DNA of 64,000 nt, taken from positions 110,386-174,385 of the forward strand of contig CAVREM010000112.1 of NCBI GenBank assembly GCA_963720005.1, read 5' to 3'. The stretch is from an uncultured Acidobacteriota bacterium (lineage in GTDB: Bacteria; Acidobacteriota; Vicinamibacteria; Vicinamibacterales; CAVVIG01). Under the pieces are notes generated by a model. The model searched no databases. It was not told the DNA's origin and saw only the letters and a program-made list of their open reading frames with translations. The position numbers and the translations under genes are program-made. Positions 58,966 to 64,000 of this stretch are shown in pieces (the stretch's first letter is position 1; the number at the start of each line of letters is the position of its first letter).

Positions 58966-58985
58966 TATCGACCACTCTCCGCCGG

Positions 58986-59021
58986 GGCGGACCTACAGAT
59001 CTGCGGTACGGTCCGCCCTAC
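58986..59021 (-). repeat. GTAG-REP with an enlarged loop
   Basis: GGCGGACC-tacagatctgcggtac-GGTCCGCCCTAC. Confidence 0.75.
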
Positions 59022-59530
59022 CCGACCCGGCGATAGACAATCGACACACGCGTGCCCTGCATCTGGACGAGCGAGCCGTCAGCCTGCGTCTGGCTCCGCC
59101 TGCTATCCATCGTGAGCACATCGCCCTCTGCGCGATAGACGTCGGTGTGAATTGTCGCGGGGAAGGTCTGCCCTGCCAGCCGCACACGCCTGGTCGTCAA
59201 CGCGACTCCGTCGCCGACGAGCACGACCGACGTCGTACGGTTGTCGCCCAGGTCTGTAGGAGTGCCGTCGAGCCGATAGCGCTCCGTGGGTGAATAGCCG
59301 CGATCGATCGTGATTTCCTGCGCCGTCACGCCGATCACCAGCGTGTTGACGAACCTGGGCTTCGGACCCTCTGCCTGCTTGAATGGCGGATCGGCCTGCC
59401 AGCGTCCGGCGAGCGCCGAAAAGTCTTCGATACGGTTCGACGGGCTGCCCTGAGTCTGTTGCGCGGACGTGGCTGACTGCGTCAGCATCAGCAGGCCGGC
59501 GAACGCGAGGACCGCACGGCGTGTGCTCAT
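59018..59530 (-). CDS. Secreted lipocalin-like hypothetical protein (possible Tat signal)
   Basis: MSTRRAVL signal, DFSALAGRWQAD, YRLDG, terminal IVYRR. Confidence 0.7.
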   Translation of the reverse strand: MSTRRAVLAFAGLLMLTQSATSAQQTQGSPSNRIEDFSALAGRWQADPPFKQAEGPKPRFVNTLVIGVTAQEITIDRGYSPTERYRLDGTPTDLGDNRTTSVVLVGDGVALTTRRVRLAGQTFPATIHTDVYRAEGDVLTMDSRRSQTQADGSLVQMQGTRVSIVYRRVG

Positions 59531-59542
59531 GGCGTTTCCTTC

Positions 59543-59595
59543 GGCGGACCTAAAAGGTCCGCCCTACGTACAGCGGACCTGAAGGTCCGCACTAC
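59543..59595 (-). repeat. Two tandem GTAG-REPs
   Basis: GGCGGACCTAAAAGGTCCGCCCTAC and GCGGACCTGAAGGTCCGCACTAC. Confidence 0.85.
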
Positions 59596-59637
59596 ACCTG
59601 CGCAGCCCGCATTATAGATAGAATTGAAACCACGCTG

Positions 59638-60840
59638 ATGCTTCGCTTCCTCACCGCCGGCGAGTCGCACGGCCAGGCGCTCGTCACCATTCTCGAAGGG
59701 ATGCCGGCGGGCCTCGCGCTCGATTTCGACGCGATTACCGCTCAACTCCGCCGCCGCCAGACGGGCTACGGCCGCGGACGGCGCATGGCCATCGAATCGG
59801 ATCGCGCACAGGTGCTGAGCGGCGTCCGCCATGGCGCCACGACAGGCGGTCCGATCGCCTGCTGATTCCGAACAAGGACTGGGAAAACTGGCAGCGGACC
59901 ATGTCGGTCGAGAGCCAGCCGTCAGCCGAGATCGCCGGCGTCGACCGCCCGGTCGTGACGCGTCCCCGTCCCGGCCACGCCGACCTCGCGGGCGTCGTCA
60001 AGTACGGTCACGACGACATCAGGAACGTCCTCGAGCGCGCCAGCGCGCGCGAAACCGCCGCACGGGTCGCCGTCGGGGCCATCGCCCGACAGTTGCTGCG
60101 GCAGGTCGAGGCCGAGATCGTCAGCCACGTGTTCTGCATTGGCTCGGCTTCGATTGCGGATCCGCTCGCCGTCACGTTCGCGGATGCGAAGGCGATCGGT
60201 GACGAGTCCGCGCTGCATTGCGTCGACGCCGACTCGGAGCGGCGCATGATCGCCGAGATCGACAAGGCGCGCGAGGCCGGCGACACGATGGGCGGCGCGT
60301 TCGAGGTCATCGTTCATGGCGTCCCGCCGGGGCTAGGCAGCCATGTCCAGTGGGATCGCAAGCTCGACGGCCGCCTGGCGCAGGCACTGATGTCGATCCC
60401 TGCGATCAAGGCGGTCGGCATCGGCCGCGGGCCGGCGGTAGCGACGCTGCCAGGCTCGCGCATTCATGACGAGATTCTGCCCCCGTCGGGCGCCACCACT
60501 GTCGGCGTGTCGCGCCCGACGAACAACGCCGGCGGCCTCGAAGGCGGCATCACCAACGGCGAGGATCTGCGCGTCACGGCGTACATGAAACCGATCGCGA
60601 CCCTCATGAAGCCGCTCCGCTCCGTGGACTTGGCGACGATGGCGATCAGTCCGGCGACGATCGAGCGCAGCGACGTCTGTGCGGTGCCCGCGGCGGCGGT
60701 CGTCGGAGAAGCCATGGTGGCCATCGTCCTGGCGGACGCCGCTCCTCGAAAAGTTCGGCGGCGATTCCCTGGAGGAACTGCTGGCGAACTGGCGCGCCTA
60801 CCGCGAGCGGACCGCCGCCCGCTTTCAACGGACGACCTGA
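59638..60840 (+). CDS. aroC: Chorismate synthase (frameshifts near 59860 and 60740)
   Basis: [40 protein letters not shown]. Confidence 0.96.
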
Positions 60841-60865
60841 CGGCCCACGTCAGTCGCTGAAGCTG

Positions 60866-61375
60866 ATGATCCGGCCGATTCTCAGGTACGGCGACCAGGT
60901 CCTGCACGAGGCCGCGCAACCGGTCGAGGCGATCACCCGCGAGATCGATCGGCTCGTCGAGGACATGATCGAGACGATGTACGCGGCGCCAGGCATCGGG
61001 CTGGCAGCCACCCAAGTCGGCGTGCCGGCCAGGATTTTCGTGATCGACGTGTCGATCGGCCGGAATCCCGCCGATCTCATCGTGATGATCAACCCCGAGT
61101 TCGTCGAACGCGACGGGATGCAGCTCGAGGAAGAAGGCTGCCTGAGCGTGCCGGGGTTCAACGCGACGGTCGTGCGGCCGGAGCGGGCCGTGGTCAAGGG
61201 CCTGGATCGAACCGGCGAGCAGCAGCAGCGCGAAGGAACCGGCCTGCTGGCGCGCGCCTTCCAGCACGAGATGGATCATCTCGACGGCACGCTCTTCGTC
61301 GATCGCCTGCGCGGGATCAAGCGCGACCTCATCGTCAAGAAGATCCGCAAGCTGGCGCGCTCCGGCAAGTGGTGA
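60866..61375 (+). CDS. def: Peptide deformylase
   Basis: GIGLAATQ, EGCLS, QHEMDHLDG. Confidence 0.97.
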   Translation: MIRPILRYGDQVLHEAAQPVEAITREIDRLVEDMIETMYAAPGIGLAATQVGVPARIFVIDVSIGRNPADLIVMINPEFVERDGMQLEEEGCLSVPGFNATVVRPERAVVKGLDRTGEQQQREGTGLLARAFQHEMDHLDGTLFVDRLRGIKRDLIVKKIRKLARSGKW

Positions 61376-62326
61376 CGCCCCGCTCGCTACGCATCGTGTT
61401 CTTCGGCACGCCGGCCTTTGCCGTGCCGTCGCTCGACGCGCTCCTCGCCTCGCGGCACCCGGTGGCGGGCGTGGTCACGCAGCCCGATCGGCCGCGCGGG
61501 CGGGGCCATCGCACGAGCGATGCGCCGGTCAAGATCCGGGCGCGCGAAGCCGGCCTGCCGATTCTTCAGCCCGCCGGGCTGAAGGCACCGGAATTCCTTG
61601 CCGCGCTGACGGCGCTCGAGGCCGATCTCGGGGTTGTCGCCGCGTATGGACGCATTCTCACCGACGCGGTCCTGGCGATCCCGCGGCTCGGGATGATCAA
61701 CGTGCACGCCTCGCTCCTGCCCCGCTACCGCGGCGCGGCGCCAGTCCATCGCGCGGTCATGGCCGGCGAGCGCGAAACCGGCGTGACGATCATGCGCGTC
61801 GTCAAGGCGCTCGACGCCGGTCCGATGCTGGCGGCCGCGCGCCGGGCGATCGGCGACGACGAGACGAGCGTCGACGTCGAACGGGATCTCGCGCAACTGG
61901 GCGCCAGGCTCCTGATCGAGGCCGTGGATCGGCTCGCCGTTGACGGCGTGCCCGAGGAGCCCCAGAACGAGGCCGAGGCGACCTACGCCCCACGCCTCAC
62001 GAAGGACGACAGCCCCATCGATTGGTCCCGGCCCGCGGAGGAACTGCACAACCAGATTCGCGGTCTGCATCCGTGGCCGCATGCCCAGACGTTTCTCGAC
62101 GGCAAGCGATTAATCCTCTTGCGATCACATCTCGCCGCGCAGTCGAGCGACGAGCCGCCACGGGACGATCGTGGCGGCGCGGGGCGACGACCTGGATGTC
62201 GCGACCGGACGGGGTGTCCTCCGGATCGTCGAGCTCCAGGTCGAAGGAAAGAAGCCGATGCGGACGCGGGATTTTCTTGCCGGCCATCCGGTGCCGGCTG
62301 GCCGGCGCCTGTCGGTGCCGCCATGA
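61372..62326 (+). CDS. fmt: Methionyl-tRNA formyltransferase (frameshift near 62160)
   Basis: FFGTPAFA, TQPDRP, NVHASLLPRYRGAAP; C-terminal LQVEGKKPM...DFL in a shifted frame ending at an ATGA overlap. Confidence 0.95.
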
Positions 62327-63678
62327 TCGCGCCGGCGCGCGTCGCCGCCTACGACATCCTCCTCGCGATTTCTGCCGGCCGGTCCGATTTGCCCTCCGCC
62401 ATTGCCCGCGCGAGAACCTCGCTCGCCGATGACCGCGATCGCGCGCTCGCCGCGGAAATCGCGACCGGCGTTCAACGGTGGAGGGCCGCGCTCGATTGCA
62501 TCATTGGCCTGTTCGCGAAGCGTCCGATCCAGCGCCTCGACCCAGAGGTTGTCGAGATCCTGCGGTTGAGCACGTACCAGTTGCTGCATCTGACACGGGT
62601 GCCGGCATCGGCGGTCGTCGACGATGCGGTGAACCTCGCGCGACGGGCGGGCAAACGGAGCGCGACCGGTTTCGTCAACGCCGTGCTGCGGACCGTGTCG
62701 CGGCGCCGGAATGCCCTCCCGCTGCCCCCGCGACCCGCGGATCCGGCCAATCGGGCAGACGCCCTCGAGTACCTGGCTACCACGCTCTCGCATCCGGGCT
62801 GGCTTGCCGCCCGCTGGTACGATCGCCTCGGGTTCGACGCCGCGGAGGCCTGGATGCGCTTCGACAACGCGCCCGCCCCACTCACCCTCCGAACCAACCG
62901 GATTCGCATGTCGCCGGACGAGTTGATGGGCCGCCTTCGCGAGCGGGACGTTGTCGTCGAGCGCAGCCGCTTCGCCCCCGATGCCCTCGTCGTGGCCGAG
63001 GGTCAACCGCTTCGCGATCCCGGATCCGAGGCTGGCTGGTTCGTGGTCCAGGACGAGGCATCGCAGCTCGTTTCGCTTCTTGCAGGGCCTGTCCCGGGGC
63101 GCCGGGTACTCGACACGTGTGCGGCGCCCGGCGGGAAAACGACGGCCTTCGCGAGCGCCGATCGCTCCGCGCTCGTGGTGGCGTGCGATGTCCGGGACCG
63201 TCGCATGGCGCTGCTGCAGCGAACCGTGGCGGCAACCGGCGCGGCCAACGTGGCACTCGTCCAGGCCGATCTCTCGCGCCCTCTCCCATTCACCGATCGG
63301 TTCGACTGCGTCGTCGTCGACGCGCCATGCTCGGGCCTGGGGACGCTTCGGCGCGATCCGGACATTCGCTGGCACCGGCACGAGGACGATCTGCCGGCGT
63401 TGGCGGGCGCGCAGCTGGGGATGCTGCGTCACGCCGCGGCCGCGGTCGTGCCAGGCGGCAGGCTCGTCTACGCGACCTGCTCGAGCGAACCGGAGGAGAA
63501 CGAAGAGGTTGTCGCAGCGTTTCTGTCGGGCGCCCCAGGCTTCGTTCCAATCGATGCGCGCGAGGCACACCCCGCGCTGCCGCCCGAAACCGTCGACGAG
63601 CGCGGCCACCTGCGCACGGAGCCTCATCGTCATGGTCTCGAAGCGTTCTTCGGCGCGGTGTTCGTGCGGCGACCCTGA
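62323..63678 (+). CDS. rsmB: 16S rRNA m5C967 methyltransferase
   Basis: NusB-like N-terminus FVNAVLR, VQDEASQL, DTCAAPGGKT, DAPCSGLG, YATCS. Confidence 0.95.
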   Translation: MIAPARVAAYDILLAISAGRSDLPSAIARARTSLADDRDRALAAEIATGVQRWRAALDCIIGLFAKRPIQRLDPEVVEILRLSTYQLLHLTRVPASAVVDDAVNLARRAGKRSATGFVNAVLRTVSRRRNALPLPPRPADPANRADALEYLATTLSHPGWLAARWYDRLGFDAAEAWMRFDNAPAPLTLRTNRIRMSPDELMGRLRERDVVVERSRFAPDALVVAEGQPLRDPGSEAGWFVVQDEASQLVSLLAGPVPGRRVLDTCAAPGGKTTAFASADRSALVVACDVRDRRMALLQRTVAATGAANVALVQADLSRPLPFTDRFDCVVVDAPCSGLGTLRRDPDIRWHRHEDDLPALAGAQLGMLRHAAAAVVPGGRLVYATCSSEPEENEEVVAAFLSGAPGFVPIDAREAHPALPPETVDERGHLRTEPHRHGLEAFFGAVFVRRP

Positions 63679-63784
63679 ATTCGTGAGGCGACCCTAAAAG
63701 GGTCGCCCTACATTGGGTGGCGTCGTAGGCCGGGCCTCTCAGGCTCGGCGATGTAGGCCGGGCCTCTCAGGCCCGGCGATGTAG
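63668..63784. repeat. REP cluster (four to five GTAG-type units in both orientations)
   Basis: GGCGACCCTAAAAGGGTCGCCCTAC; GTAGGCCGGGCCTCTCAGGC(T/C)CGGC twice. Confidence 0.85.
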
Positions 63785-63800
63785 TACGATCCTCCCGCAC

Positions 63801-64000
63801 ATGGCCCTCAGAAAACGCGTGTGGGGCGCGGGCAAGCTTGTCCTGCTCGGCGTCGCCCTGCTCGTGACTTACATCCTCTTTGCGGCCGCTTCGATGCGCT
63901 TTGCGCTCCGATCGCGCGAGGTCCAGGTCCCGGACGTCGTCAATCGGACGGCGACAGAAGCGAGCGAAACGATGGCTCTGGCGGGTCTCAGCCTCAAGCT
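63801..64000 (+). CDS. PASTA-domain membrane protein, 3'-truncated
   Basis: MALRKRVW + TM + EVQVPDVVNRTATEASETMALAGL; usual position after rsmB. Confidence 0.8.
   Translation, partial: MALRKRVWGAGKLVLLGVALLVTYILFAAASMRFALRSREVQVPDVVNRTATEASETMALAGLSLK

Noticed and set aside
61369-63678. Apparent 769-aa Fmt-RsmB fusion
   Set aside because: An indel near 62160 shifts the frame. The true Fmt C-terminus is in another frame and ends in an ATGA overlap with rsmB at 62323-62326.

Overview
High-GC (roughly 68-70% by eye) bacterial chromosome segment, mostly housekeeping. Gene content and order resemble Acidobacteriota, probably Vicinamibacteria (inference, not a database result). Many genes carry single-base indels that look like long-read consensus errors, so several calls join frameshifted ORFs. 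Content in order: rho, coaD, rsmD, recG; an ECF/anti-sigma/Spy-like cluster; a glycan-modification block; lexA-DUF3467-nth-zincin-rsmA; rnj-ftsK-amidase; pepA; an Omp85-family gene, a JAMM gene and atoB-scoBA; a ~10.6 kb aromatic amino-acid super-operon (aroD-aroE fusion, trpEGDCFBA, chorismate mutase, DAHP synthase, tyrA); a SpoIVB/S55 peptidase plus beta-propeller pair; a second ECF/anti-sigma pair; dppBC; a giant sigma54 activator; aroC-def-fmt-rsmB and a PASTA gene. Best signals missed by the ORF track: (1) a complete ribosome-mediated attenuator with a 35-aa WRWYWR leader peptide heading the whole aromatic operon; (2) about 13 intergenic elements built of 7-9-nt tandem units, often as inverted arms, at gene junctions; (3) a pseudokinase/degenerate-STAND/TPR/GAF sigma54 activator with a candidate target promoter and a divergent 56-aa small ORF; (4) a two-copy element with a nested insertion, GTAG-REPs that supply stop codons, and a structured 5' leader upstream of rnj. 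No rRNA, tRNA, CRISPR array, transposase or prophage was seen.
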